A stretch of 62,932 nt of DNA, the filler included, from Actinomycetota bacterium (GTDB taxonomy: Bacteria; Actinomycetota; Actinomycetes; JAKEEW01): NCBI GenBank assembly GCA_046725875.1. It is 6 parts of 6 records of this genome, joined end to end, with 100 filler letters (N's around TTAATTAATTAA, not from the genome) between each part and the next. Parts side by side here need not be neighbours in the genome. Positions count along the whole stretch, not along the records: positions 46,460 to 58,438 come from JBKOZJ010000056.1; positions 58,539 to 62,932 come from JBKOZJ010000059.1; 4 more parts are not named here. One strand, given 5' to 3'. A program made the position numbers and the translations under genes. Shown one piece after another: positions 52,700-62,579 of the stretch. The number at the start of each line of letters is the position of its first letter. Position 1 is the first letter of the stretch. Below the pieces are notes generated by a model. It saw only the letters and a list, made by a program, of their open reading frames with translations. It made no database searches and had not been told where the DNA came from.

Positions 52700-52921
52700 A
52701 TGCGGGAGCTTCTCCGTACCAACGACATCGTGCTCGCGTCCGCCGTCGGCGCCTTGCTGACCGAGGCCGAGATTCCACACGAGGTCCTCGATCGGGACAT
52801 CAGCGTAATCCAGGGATCGCTTGGCGCCATCCCGGTCCGGATCGTCGTCGCCGAAGGCTACTTGCCTGAGGCGCGGCAGCTGCTGCGCGACGCCGGTCTG
52901 GACCGCGAGCTTCCTCCGTAA
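52700..52921 (+). CDS. DUF2007 domain protein
   Basis: MRELLRTND.V....ALL.EA.I...V.D...S...GS.G..P.RI.V. Confidence 0.75.
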   Translation: MRELLRTNDIVLASAVGALLTEAEIPHEVLDRDISVIQGSLGAIPVRIVVAEGYLPEARQLLRDAGLDRELPP

Positions 52922-52935
52922 AAGATCTAAGTTAG

Positions 52936-53013
52936 AACGGCACGTTGATTCGAACCCAAGGGGGATGAATGTGCCGTCGACTCGAAACTATCGAGCGAAC
53001 GGCACATTCATCC
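52936..53013. repeat. solo degenerate copy of the element hairpin
   Basis: GGATGAATGTGCCGTCGACTCGA-AACTA-TCGAGCGAACGGCACATTCATCC plus worn unit AACGGCACGTTGAT, between convergent genes. Confidence 0.88.
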
Positions 53014-53027
53014 GCGTTAGGTCGGCA

Positions 53028-54533
53028 CTAGCTGAGGTGGCGCAGTCTGGGCCACAGCTGGGACCAGGGCTCGGCCGGCCCGTTGCAGACGGCAATCGGT
53101 TCGCCCTGCTCCTCGTTGTCGACGCCCACGCCATTGTCGAAGATCGTATGGAGCCCGCAGCCGGTGAAGAACCGAGAAAGAGCCACCGGGCCGAGCCCGA
53201 TCGTGATCACACGCTTAGCGTCGTCTGGGGGCGGGCCGAAATCCCAGAGAGCATTCTGACCGCTGTACACCCCGACGTCTGCCATCCCGTTGTCGGCGCC
53301 GTATCGGTCGACCGCGCCGGCCTCCCCGTAGTTCTCGGTGAACACAACAACCCGGGCCCGTTCCCGCTCCGGGATGGTTCGATAAGCCGCGGCGACGTCC
53401 GCGGCCATCCGCGTCCAGCCGATCTGGTCCTGCGTTGCGGGGTTGATCTCAGGGATCGGCGTCTTACCGAGCGCGGACAGCGGGATGATCGGCAGCGCGA
53501 TCAGAGCCGCCACTGCGCCGTTGAGAGCGATCGCGATCCAACCCGGGCCCACCCGCCGCCCGGTAACCGCCACGCATCCCGCCGCATAGAAGAACAAGAG
53601 CAGATTGAAGACGTAGTAGGCCTGCCCGCCGGTGATCACGGTGACGATACAGCCGATCGGGTAGGCGATCGCGAGTGCCCGCACCGGACGCCAGGACGTC
53701 CGGCGGAACAGCTCACTGAAGCCGCGAAAGATCGTGGGCAGCAGGAACGGACCCACGATAACGAGCTGGAGCGGTACGAATAGGGCCCGGTTTTCGCCGC
53801 CGTCGGTCCGGTTGATGGCACGGGCCATATCGATCTGCGGCCAGTCGTTCACGACTTGGTAGATAAGGTTTGGCAGCCCGACGACCAGAGCTGTCAGCGC
53901 ACCCAACCAGAACCACCGACTGAGAAGCGGCGTCTCCCGACCGCGCGCACGCAAATCGATGAGCAGGGCAACCGCCAAGGCCAAGCCGAGCAGGACGACG
54001 AGCAACTTGTTGTAGAGCGCGACTCCCGCGACCGCGCCGGCGGCAAGCCACCACCGTGGGTCGTGCAACATCGCCTTCGTTGCGAGCAGCACCACAGCCG
54101 CGGTCAGGGGGATATCCACCGATGCGGTGAGGAACACGTGGCCGGAGACGAGAACCAGCGCCGCGGTGGCCGTTCCGGCCGCCGTTCGGAGCTGCGCGGC
54201 TGCCGAGCCGCCCAGTTCTCGTGCGACTAGGGCAGTCAGCACGACGGTCACAGCGGCGCCGAGCGCCGCCGGAACTCGAAGCGCGACGATGTTGTCCCTG
54301 AACAGGGTTGTGGCCAGCCGGGCCAGTGCGGGGGTCAGCGGTGGCTGGTCCACGTAGCCCCAGGAAAGGTGCCGCCCCAGCAGCCGGAAATACAGCTCGT
54401 CCCGGTGGTAGCCGTAATCCGGGGCCGCGACGAGCAGAACGACGAAAAGTGCCGCGGCGACACCAGCAATCCGCCGTACGGCGACAGCCGGGACTTCGGT
54501 GGCTGGGCCACGAGCCACGATCACTGACGTCAC
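53028..54533 (-). CDS. GT39/ArnT-like membrane glycosyltransferase
   Basis: YGYHRDELYF, WGYVDQPPL, NK, PNL, NYGEAGA. Confidence 0.85.
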   Translation of the reverse strand: MTSVIVARGPATEVPAVAVRRIAGVAAALFVVLLVAAPDYGYHRDELYFRLLGRHLSWGYVDQPPLTPALARLATTLFRDNIVALRVPAALGAAVTVVLTALVARELGGSAAAQLRTAAGTATAALVLVSGHVFLTASVDIPLTAAVVLLATKAMLHDPRWWLAAGAVAGVALYNKLLVVLLGLALAVALLIDLRARGRETPLLSRWFWLGALTALVVGLPNLIYQVVNDWPQIDMARAINRTDGGENRALFVPLQLVIVGPFLLPTIFRGFSELFRRTSWRPVRALAIAYPIGCIVTVITGGQAYYVFNLLLFFYAAGCVAVTGRRVGPGWIAIALNGAVAALIALPIIPLSALGKTPIPEINPATQDQIGWTRMAADVAAAYRTIPERERARVVVFTENYGEAGAVDRYGADNGMADVGVYSGQNALWDFGPPPDDAKRVITIGLGPVALSRFFTGCGLHTIFDNGVGVDNEEQGEPIAVCNGPAEPWSQLWPRLRHLS

Positions 54534-54624
54534 GGGGGGACCATACCGGCACCTGGTGAAAGGACCCCGACCGAATCGACCTTGCCGTCCTATCCCAACC
54601 AGGGCGGGCCGTGAGATCAGTCAG

Positions 54625-54885
54625 TCACTCCGGCCATTTGCCGCTGATCTTGCGCACGCCCTCCGCGCTCGCGCGGTCGACGGCCGCCTTGATCGCGGCG
54701 AAGATTGCGCCCTGGATCGCCGCCGCGGCCAGGACCTGGCCCCAGCCGTACTCCTGCGACGTAGCTTCGGGCGGTTCCTCGGCACCGGCGATCCGTTTCC
54801 ATACCCGCTTGAAGATCTGGCCGGCAATGATGCCACCGGCCACGCCGAAGGCGAGGCTGAACGGTTTGTAGTACAGCTCTTTCAT
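54625..54885 (-). CDS. DUF4235 family protein
   Basis: YKP, F..VWK, AAAIQGAIFA, GKWP. Confidence 0.85.
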   Translation of the reverse strand: MKELYYKPFSLAFGVAGGIIAGQIFKRVWKRIAGAEEPPEATSQEYGWGQVLAAAAIQGAIFAAIKAAVDRASAEGVRKISGKWPE

Positions 54886-55151
54886 CGGTTCCGCCCATGG
54901 TTTCGAGCCGCGAGGATTGCGGCGACCGCGGCTGCGGTGAGCACGGCGACAGCGATGCCCATCCTCGAATGCGTAAACCAGTTTCCGGCGAGACGAACCC
55001 GCCGGCGAAGGTTAGTGCGTATGTCGAGCCTCTCGACCAGCGTGTCGAGGGTTGCAGTGAGCTCTGCGCGGGTCTCGGCGAGCTCGCGCTGTATCTGCTC
55101 CGGCGACGCCGAATCCGGACGGGCATTGGACCGAGCCGGCCGGCCAGTCAT
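54882..55151 (-). CDS. DUF3618 family protein
   Basis: PEQIQRELAETRAELTATLDTL..RLD plus C-terminal TM. Confidence 0.8.
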   Translation of the reverse strand: MTGRPARSNARPDSASPEQIQRELAETRAELTATLDTLVERLDIRTNLRRRVRLAGNWFTHSRMGIAVAVLTAAAVAAILAARNHGRNR

Positions 55152-55567
55152 CGATGCATCCCTTCTCTGATGGTCTCGACATCAGTCTGTACCCCGCGAA
55201 CCGCCTCTTCCGGAACCGGCGGAACCGCGCCGGTAACCTGCGAACGCCCCGCCAGAGCCAGCACGACCGCGATCAGCAGTAGTGCACCACCGACCACCAG
55301 TGCGGCCGCCCAGCGCGGCATGACCTCGTCGAGACCGAAGATGGCTGCGATGACGAAGGCGCCCAGTGCGTAGAGGGCGAGGACGCTGCTGCTGCCGAAG
55401 AGGCCGGCGCCGACTCCCGCCCGCCTGCCCTTCCTGGCAAGCTCCGCTTGGGCGAGCTTCAGCTCCCCGCGGGCCAGCCGCCCGATCTCTTCGCCGGCGC
55501 GCCGTACCAGCTCAACGGTCGAGAGATTTGTTCGATCGACCTTGATCCGCTCGTCTCGTACTGCCAT
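55148..55567 (-). CDS. phage holin family (YhjD-like) membrane protein
   Basis: L.R.ELKLA.AE..K, two TMs, WAAALVV, P.PEE; coupled to DUF3618/DUF4235. Confidence 0.85.
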   Translation of the reverse strand: MAVRDERIKVDRTNLSTVELVRRAGEEIGRLARGELKLAQAELARKGRRAGVGAGLFGSSSVLALYALGAFVIAAIFGLDEVMPRWAAALVVGGALLLIAVVLALAGRSQVTGAVPPVPEEAVRGVQTDVETIREGMHR

Positions 55568-55659
55568 CAGGCCCCCTCGTGGAACCTCTCGTGGCATCCC
55601 GTTTGAAGTTGCTACCCCGGTCCCGGCCAACCAACCTGAGTGCGGAGCGAATCAAGGGT

Positions 55660-55773
55660 TCATCGCCGGCGCACGCCGCGCCCTGCATCCAGTGCTCGCT
55701 CGATGAAGTCGGTGACCGCCTGGACGAGCTCGGCACACCGGACGTCGGTCAAGCGGACGTCTCCGCGGCGCAT
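55660..55773 (-). pseudogene. truncated zf-HC2 anti-sigma factor
   Basis: CAELVQAVTDFIERALD then stop before HxxxCxxC. Confidence 0.55.
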
Positions 55774-56319
55774 CCGGCGCGCGCGGCCAGGAACGGTGGT
55801 GGTGACGACGGCGTGCACTCGATCCGAGCCATCTTCAGGAGCAAGCCTCCGCTCACCATCGCGACGGCCACCACGAGCGTCCCAGTTTCGCAAAGTGATT
55901 CCGGGACTGGGACGCGGGTCCCGATGCGCCAGATTCTGCGGGCGCGAGCAGCTACTGGAGTAGGTAGTTGACAGCTTTGCCCAGCACCTCGTTGCGATCG
56001 CGCCTCGGCACCATAGCGGAGTGCTCCTTTCGGCTCGGACGGACCCAACGAACCGGTTCCTGTGTTTACAGCCCCGCTCTGGCGTGGACAAGACCCTGCG
56101 AAGCTCGAATTTTCTGCATACCGGTCACAGCCTCAGGGCTGTCTCTCGGCTGCCGCGCACGTCTCCGCACACCGTCACTCGGCCGGCTGCACAAATCTTC
56201 TCGGTCGCAAAGGGGCGTAGCGTCGGATTGGACGGATAGTGCTCCGGCAAGCGCGGGAGCTGCGCCAGCACACCGGTCCCGTCTTGGCCGCAGCCACCGC
56301 GGCGGAAGGGAGGACCGCG

Positions 56320-56709
56320 ATGCAACTCTTCGTTGTCGATCTCAAGAACCAGCCGGGCGAGCTGGCTCACCTCGGCGAGAGTCTCGGACAACGCGGCGTC
56401 AATATCGAGCTGGGTGGGGTAACCGCCGGTGATCACGGCCTCATCTATCTAACCGCCAGCGATGAGGACGCCGCCCGGGCCGCCTTGGATGCGGCCAGCC
56501 TGTCGTACAGGGAGAACGCCGCGATTCAGATCAAGTGCGCCGACCGTCCCGGCGAGGCCGGCCAGCTCGCTCGGAAGCTCGCCGACGCAAACATCAACAT
56601 CGAGGGTATGCTGCCGATCTCGATCTGCGGCGGCGAGGCGATCTTCGCCACGGTGGTCGACAGGCCGGACGAGGCCCGCCGGGTCCTCGGTGACCAAATC
56701 GCCGGCTGA
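56320..56709 (+). CDS. tandem ACT-domain protein
   Basis: NQPGELA...L...GVNI and DRPGE..L..KLA...INI; GGGAGG RBS. Confidence 0.85.
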   Translation: MQLFVVDLKNQPGELAHLGESLGQRGVNIELGGVTAGDHGLIYLTASDEDAARAALDAASLSYRENAAIQIKCADRPGEAGQLARKLADANINIEGMLPISICGGEAIFATVVDRPDEARRVLGDQIAG

Positions 56710-57102
56710 CCGTCCCCGCCGGATCACGTCTTCGCTATTGCGGTCGCTCGAGGGCGTGCCAGGTCCTTGTTGGCCAAGAATTCAGCGAGTGTTCCCCGGA
56801 AGTCGAGAAGCTCGCACCGTCAGTGTGTCTTGGGTTGGGGAAACCGCCCACCGCGGCACTGGGGAAGAATGAGGACTCCATGAAGCGTTGATGTATGCCC
56901 TCATCACTGCGGCACTGGCCGCAGTGGTCGAGCTTGTGGTCAGGGAACTGTAAAGCGCGCTACGGCGTAATGCGGTCACCGCTTGATTCGGTACGAGCTA
57001 CACGGTGTCTGCCGCTATGACACCGTCTCGCATCTCACACTTGATCGCCGAAAGCTGGATCGTCCTGTCCGTCGGCGGACAGTTTGATCCATGTTTCGGC
57101 GA

Positions 57103-57480
57103 TCACGTCTTTTCGCGCGGTCGGCCGTTTTTGGCTTTGGCTCGCTGTTCGGCGACATAGGCGCCGATAGCGATGGCTCCGGCTACGGGCCAGTCGATCA
57201 CTCCAAACGCGGCAACGGTCGCCAAACCACCGAGCCAGAGGACCTCTCCTCGGCGGCCCGTTACGGGAAGTCGGAGCGAGGGACGTGGCACGCGCGGGGC
57301 GGATATGTGCGGTAGGGCGACCCGTGGCACAGGCACGTGCGGAACGGGAATAGACGCGCGCACGCCCTGCTTCCCCGCCTTCACCTCCTCATCCTTGCGG
57401 ACCTCCGGCTTCGGAGGAGTCGGGTGCTTGGCTGGGGACTTCTTCGCGGTCGCGCGGGCGGTCGTTCCGTCTGTTGTCAT
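57103..57480 (-). CDS. small membrane protein typically found beside CtpH/CtpI-like ATPases
   Basis: LWLGGL..VAAFGVIDWPVA.AI; GGGGAG RBS. Confidence 0.6.
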   Translation of the reverse strand: MTTDGTTARATAKKSPAKHPTPPKPEVRKDEEVKAGKQGVRASIPVPHVPVPRVALPHISAPRVPRPSLRLPVTGRRGEVLWLGGLATVAAFGVIDWPVAGAIAIGAYVAEQRAKAKNGRPREKT

Positions 57481-57760
57481 CAAATCTGCTCCCCTCGCTC
57501 CTCTCCTCTCGTCTTCTCGGCGTGCCCGCTGGCAGCGGGCGCGTAGGGATCCCTGCGGCAATCGTGCCGATGGTCGACGCGGTGCCGGCGATCGACCACG
57601 CGACCGGGCCCAGCGGGTGGCAGCCGAAGGAGTGACTAATACCCGGGGTCTGCACCACCACACCGAGTGCTCCGACAGAGACGACGCAGGCGGCGATAAC
57701 GAGCGGGCTGCGTCTTCCAGCAACGAGCGTTTGCCCGAGTTGGGTCTGGACCGACGCCGG
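57477..57760 (-). pseudogene. C-terminal remnant of CtpH/CtpI-like P-type ATPase
   Basis: TQLGQTL...SPLV, VQTPG.S..FGC.PLGPVAW. Confidence 0.7.
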
Positions 57761-57866
57761 ATTCAGCCTGGCAACACGCAGCGGGCCAACCAAACTGGGC
57801 CGAGGCACCGGTGCGAGCAGGCTAGGCTCTGGCCGTGTCGGTCGCGAAAGCCACTCTCGGACGCTG

Positions 57867-58438
57867 ATGGCGCGCGAGCTTGTGGTCGTCGGGCTAGGCG
57901 GCTCGGTCGCCGCGCCGTCGCGAAGTCTTGCCGCGCTCAAGCTCGCGCACGAGAGTGCCCAACAAGCGGGTGCGACAACCGAGCTCTTTGATCTCCAGCA
58001 GCTCGACCTCCCTTTCTACGACCCCACGGCCCGACGCCCGGGTCGGGCAGCGCGACAACTCCTCGAGGCCGCTCACCGGGCCGACGGAATGATCTGGAGC
58101 AGCCCCTCTATCAGGGCACGATTTCGGGCGCACTCAAGAACGTGCTCGACTGGCTTCACTTACTTGACCACCACCAGCCGCCATATCTCACCGACAAAGT
58201 GATCGGACTCATCAGCACCGCGGGCGGAACGCAAGGCATCCAGGCCGTCAACACAATGGAGTTCGCCGTTCGGGCGCTCCGTGCTTGGGCTGTCCCGTAC
58301 GTGGTCCCAGTCGCCCACGCGGGACACGCCTTCGAGCCGGACGGCCGGGTGAGCGACGAGTGGGTAGGAATCTTCACAGCAGGCATCCCACCTGAGCCGG
58401 AAGCCGAGTGTGCGAGCGCGAGCGCGAGCGTGGCCGCG
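57867..58438 (+). pseudogene. NADPH-dependent FMN reductase, frameshifted near 58105
   Basis: GLGGS, DLPFYD, ADG.IWSSP then YQGTISGALKNVLDWL...L.DK..GL in another frame; single C missing from a C-run (may be sequencing error). Confidence 0.7.
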
Positions 58439-58538
58439 NNNNNNNNNNNNNNNNNNNNNNNNNNNNNNNNNNNNNNNNNNNNTTAATTAATTAANNNNNN
58501 NNNNNNNNNNNNNNNNNNNNNNNNNNNNNNNNNNNNNN

Positions 58539-58887
58539 GTCCATCCCGGTACGCGGGCGGAGGGACATGCTCGCGACCGTCCCGGGATCGCCGCCGTCGC
58601 TGATCAACCTGCCGACCGGGTGCGCCTTCCACCCCCGTTGCCAGTACGTCATGGACATCTGTCGGCTCGACCGGCCCGACCTGATGGTCGTCGACCGGCC
58701 GGACCAGGCGCACCTGTCGGCCTGCTGGCTGCCGCGCGACGGCTCCTGGTGGGAGTCGCGGCGGGCCGGCGAGCAGCAGCAGGCGGATCGCGAGTCTGGT
58801 ACCGGACAGGTGTCCACCGCGTGGCCCCACCGGGCCGGTAGCACGTACCCGACCATGGCTGACTCGGGCGAAGAGGTCATCCAGTGA
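58539..58887 (+). CDS. oligopeptide ABC ATPase OppD/DppD (5' partial)
   Basis: PGSPPSL..LPTGCAFHPRC...C...H..AC. Confidence 0.85.
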
Positions 58888-60473
58888 GCGGGTGGAACGC
58901 CGAGAGCCCCGCCGATGCCGCGGCGGTAGGTGCGCGGCCGGGGAGCACGGGCGGCCAAAGTGACCTGCTGCTCTCGGTCGCGGGGGTCCGTAAGCATTTT
59001 GCAGTCAAGGGTGGCGCACTCTTCGGTCGTACGGTCAGCCCGGCGCGGGCCGTCGATGGGATCGACCTCGAGCTGCGGCGGGGCGAGACCCTTGGCCTGG
59101 TCGGAGAGAGCGGCTGCGGAAAGTCAACCTTCGCACGCTGCCTGCTCGGCCTGGAGCCGCTGACTGCGGGTCGGATCGTCTTCGACGGACACAACATCAC
59201 CAATTTGTCCCGGCGAGAAATGCGCCGACACCGCCGGGAGATGCAGATGGTTTTTCAGGACCCGATGGGATCGCTCAACCCCCGTCGGCGGGTCGGCTCC
59301 ATCATCGGCGACCCGCTCGTCGTCCACGGCGTTTCCTCCGGCGCCGCCGGCAAGCGCAAGGTGCAGGAGCTGATGGAGCTCGTCGGGTTGAACCCGGAGC
59401 ACTACAACCGCTTTCCCATGGAGTTTTCTGGCGGCCAGCGGCAGCGCATCGGCGTCGCCCGTGCCTTGGCCCTGCGGCCGAAGCTCATCATCTGCGACGA
59501 GCCGGTCTCTGCGCTCGACGTGTCGATCCAGGCACAGATCCTGAACCTGCTCAAGTCGCTGCAGTCCGAATTCGGCCTGACGTACCTCTTCATCTCCCAC
59601 GACCTCGGGGTGGTCGAACACATCAGCGACCGGGTCGCCGTCATGTATCTCGGCCGGCTCGCCGAGGTTGGTTCGGTGGAGCAACTGTTTGGCCGGCCGC
59701 GACACCCCTACACCGCCGCACTGCTGTCGGCCGCCCCCGTCGCAGACCCGCGGTCGACCGCGTCCCGGCAGCGGATCATTTTGGGGGGAGAGCCGCCCTC
59801 ACCGGCGGACCCGCCAACCGGCTGCCGCTTTCACCCGCGCTGCCCGAAGGCCCGGGCAGTTTGCGCGGCCGACGATCCTGTCCTGCAGCCTCGCCTCGGT
59901 GATCCCCCGTCGCACGTGACCGCGTGTCATTTTCCGGTCGAGCCCGACGACGACCTCACTCGCAAGCCCATCGCCGAGCAAGTCGAGGAGGCGGCCGTGG
60001 GGAGCGCGCCGCCGCCATTGCCCAGGCGGACAAGCGGTACGAGCTGGCAGTACGGCGCCGGAAGCGTCCGGTCCGGCGATGGTGAGCCGTGGTACGGCGA
60101 GGCCGCGTCCGGTACGGGATCGGTCGCGCGCGGCGGTGATATTCCGTACGCCACTCCCTGGCGCGGCGCGGTGGATGCGGCCGGGCGCACGGACAGGCCG
60201 AACAACGCCTCCCTGCCCGATGAGGCAGATTCGGCAACCGGGACCGGTGCCACAGTGGGCACCTCCGGGGCCGGTGCGGCGGAAGTGGCCGACGGTCCCG
60301 GCGGGTCATCCGACCCGTCGTGGCACGGCGAGCGAGGGACGAGTTCACGCCGCCAACCCGGTCCCGGGTCGGCGAACGTTGATCCATGGCTGGACGATCC
60401 GTTCGCGGACGTCGGGCGGGAGGAGCCGGGCGATCCGGATAAGCAGAGCGAAGCGCAAGGAGGCAGCAGGTGA
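58884..60473 (+). CDS. oligopeptide ABC ATPase OppF/DppF with long disordered C-tail
   Basis: GESGCGKS, FSGGQRQR, CDEPVSALD, HPYT, GCRFHPRC. Confidence 0.92.
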   Translation: MSGWNAESPADAAAVGARPGSTGGQSDLLLSVAGVRKHFAVKGGALFGRTVSPARAVDGIDLELRRGETLGLVGESGCGKSTFARCLLGLEPLTAGRIVFDGHNITNLSRREMRRHRREMQMVFQDPMGSLNPRRRVGSIIGDPLVVHGVSSGAAGKRKVQELMELVGLNPEHYNRFPMEFSGGQRQRIGVARALALRPKLIICDEPVSALDVSIQAQILNLLKSLQSEFGLTYLFISHDLGVVEHISDRVAVMYLGRLAEVGSVEQLFGRPRHPYTAALLSAAPVADPRSTASRQRIILGGEPPSPADPPTGCRFHPRCPKARAVCAADDPVLQPRLGDPPSHVTACHFPVEPDDDLTRKPIAEQVEEAAVGSAPPPLPRRTSGTSWQYGAGSVRSGDGEPWYGEAASGTGSVARGGDIPYATPWRGAVDAAGRTDRPNNASLPDEADSATGTGATVGTSGAGAAEVADGPGGSSDPSWHGERGTSSRRQPGPGSANVDPWLDDPFADVGREEPGDPDKQSEAQGGSR

Positions 60474-61447
60474 CCAGCACGGTCGACAGCTTCGCGGCCG
60501 AGCCGATGAGCGTGGAGCCGGCCGACGAGCAGCGCCCGTCACACCGGAAGATCCAGGGCCGCAGCCCATGGCTGCTGGCATGGGAGCGACTGCGGCGCGA
60601 CCGGGTCGCGATGGCATCGCTGGCAGTTATCGGCCTGCTCGTGCTCTTCGCGCTGTGCGCGCCGCTTGTGGCAACTATCACGGGGCATCCAGTCGACGAG
60701 CAGTATCGGGACACCGGATTGACCGAAGCCGGAGCGCCGGTCGGGCCGAGCGGAGAATTCTGGCTCGGCACCGACGAGCTTGGCCGCGACCTGCTGGTCA
60801 GGATCGCCTACGGGGCGCGGATCTCACTCTTCGTCGGGATCTTCGCGACGCTGCTTGCGCTCGTCGTCGGGACGGCCGTGGGGACGGTTTCCGGCTACTT
60901 CCGGGGACGGGTCGACGGCTTCGTCTCCCGGGTGATGGACGTCGTGCTCGGCTTCCCGTTCCTGGTGACCGCTATTGCGTTCGTCGCCATCTTCCAGCCC
61001 AGCCTCAAGATCACCATCGCGGTGATCCTCTTCTTTATGTGGGCGCCGGTCGCCCGGATCGTCCGCGGACAGGTCCTGTCGTTGCGGGAGAAGGACTTCA
61101 TCGAGGCGGCCCGGTCGATCGGCTCGGCCGACCTGCGGGTGATGTTCGTCGACCTTCTGCCGAACCTGATCGGACCGCTGATCGTCTACGGCACGCTGCT
61201 GATCCCGCAGGTGATCGTGCTCGAGGCGACGCTGTCCTTCCTCGGGCTGGGCGTTCCCGACGAGGCGAGCTGGGGCGGGACGCTGGCCGCGGTCCAGAAC
61301 GGGTCTCTCTACACGATCGCCTGGTGGATGCTCGTCTTTCCGGCACTCGCCCTTCTGATCACGACGCTCGCGTTCAACTTGCTCGGCGACGGCTTGCGGG
61401 ATGCCTTCGACCCCGGCTCCGCCCGGACGCTGGCCAGGTGGAGGTGA
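60470..61447 (+). CDS. oligopeptide ABC permease OppC/DppC
   Basis: WLGTDELGRD, YGARISL, FIEAARSIG, SFLGLG, NLLGDGLRDAFDP. Confidence 0.93.
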   Translation: MTSTVDSFAAEPMSVEPADEQRPSHRKIQGRSPWLLAWERLRRDRVAMASLAVIGLLVLFALCAPLVATITGHPVDEQYRDTGLTEAGAPVGPSGEFWLGTDELGRDLLVRIAYGARISLFVGIFATLLALVVGTAVGTVSGYFRGRVDGFVSRVMDVVLGFPFLVTAIAFVAIFQPSLKITIAVILFFMWAPVARIVRGQVLSLREKDFIEAARSIGSADLRVMFVDLLPNLIGPLIVYGTLLIPQVIVLEATLSFLGLGVPDEASWGGTLAAVQNGSLYTIAWWMLVFPALALLITTLAFNLLGDGLRDAFDPGSARTLARWR

Positions 61448-61449
61448 GC

Positions 61450-61584
61450 ATGCGGTCAGCCACCGCCAACACCCGCCGAGCCCGCAATGCGGTGGCTGTC
61501 GGTCATGCCCAGGCCGAGCGCCTGAAACCGGATGCGTTTCTGTCCGGATCTCGGTCGTCCGGCACCGAGGCGCGTGGCCGCTGA
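61450..61584 (+). CDS. 44-aa ORF between permeases, possible relic of substrate-binding protein
   Basis: GGAGG RBS; TGATG overlap with oppB start. Confidence 0.35.
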   Translation: MRSATANTRRARNAVAVGHAQAERLKPDAFLSGSRSSGTEARGR

Positions 61585-62555
61585 TGCTGCGCTTTCTGGT
61601 CCGCCGGCTGTTGTACGGGATCATCGTGCTCTGGGTGATCGTGACAGCGGTGTTCTTCCTGTTCTTCGTCGCGTCACCCGGCGATCCGGCCCGGCTGTTC
61701 GCGGGTAAGCAGGCGACACCGGAGACGGTCGATCTCGTCCGGCACCAGTTGGGCCTCGACCAGCCGGTTCACGTGCAGTACGGGCAGTACCTCAGGGGAT
61801 TCCTGCAGTTCCCCCCGGACCTGGGTGAATCGTTCCTCACCCACGAAAAGATCCTGGACGCGATCGTCCGGCAGATGCCGGTGACGCTATCGGTGGCGTT
61901 CGGCGCGGCCGTTCTTTGGCTGTTGATCGCGATCCCGGTCGGCGTGCTCGCCGCGACCCGGCCGCGGTCGCTGGCGGACCGCGGCGCCACCATCTTCGCT
62001 CTGGCCGGTATCTCGTTGCCGTCCTTCGTGCTTGGCATGATCGTCTTCAACGTACTGTTCTTCATCCCGGCGACGAGGTGGGGGGTGCACCTGTTCGAGG
62101 TGTCGGGATGGACGCCCTTCACGGAGAGCCCAGCGGGTTGGCTGCGCCACCTGGTGCTGCCGTGGATCACGCTGGCGTTGCTGTACGCGGCGACGTACTC
62201 CCGCCTGACCCGCGGCTCTCTGCTGGAGACGCTCGGCGAGGACTACATCCGCACGGCCCGAGCCAAGGGACTACCCGAACGGACCGTGGTCTACCGGCAC
62301 GGCCTTCGGTCGGCAATCACGCCGATTGTCACGCTGTTCGGCCTCGATTTCGGCGCGCTGCTCGGCGGCACGATCATCACCGAGAAGATCTTCGGCCTCC
62401 CTGGCATCGGCCAATACGCCCTCAACTCGGTGCTGAACCACGACCTGCCGGCGATCATGGGAACGGTGCTCTTCGCCGCGTTCTTCGTCGTCCTGATGAA
62501 CGTCGTGGTCGACATCGTCTACGCCCTGCTTGATCCCCGCGTCCGCCTCACCTAG
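61584..62555 (+). CDS. oligopeptide ABC permease OppB/DppB
   Basis: PGDPA, LGLDQP..VQY, DLGES, DYIRTARAKG, EKIF..PGIG, LDPRVR. Confidence 0.93.
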   Translation: MLRFLVRRLLYGIIVLWVIVTAVFFLFFVASPGDPARLFAGKQATPETVDLVRHQLGLDQPVHVQYGQYLRGFLQFPPDLGESFLTHEKILDAIVRQMPVTLSVAFGAAVLWLLIAIPVGVLAATRPRSLADRGATIFALAGISLPSFVLGMIVFNVLFFIPATRWGVHLFEVSGWTPFTESPAGWLRHLVLPWITLALLYAATYSRLTRGSLLETLGEDYIRTARAKGLPERTVVYRHGLRSAITPIVTLFGLDFGALLGGTIITEKIFGLPGIGQYALNSVLNHDLPAIMGTVLFAAFFVVLMNVVVDIVYALLDPRVRLT

Positions 62556-62579
62556 CCGAGGCCCTACGCCCCCATTGAG

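Noticed and set aside
54625..55567. Holin-family gene as evidence of a prophage
   Set aside because: Holin-like/DUF3618/DUF4235 trio is a common chromosomal actinobacterial operon; no phage genes nearby
58412..58429. (GCGAGC)x3 microsatellite
   Set aside because: Short, GC-rich and at a contig end; chance or assembly edge effect
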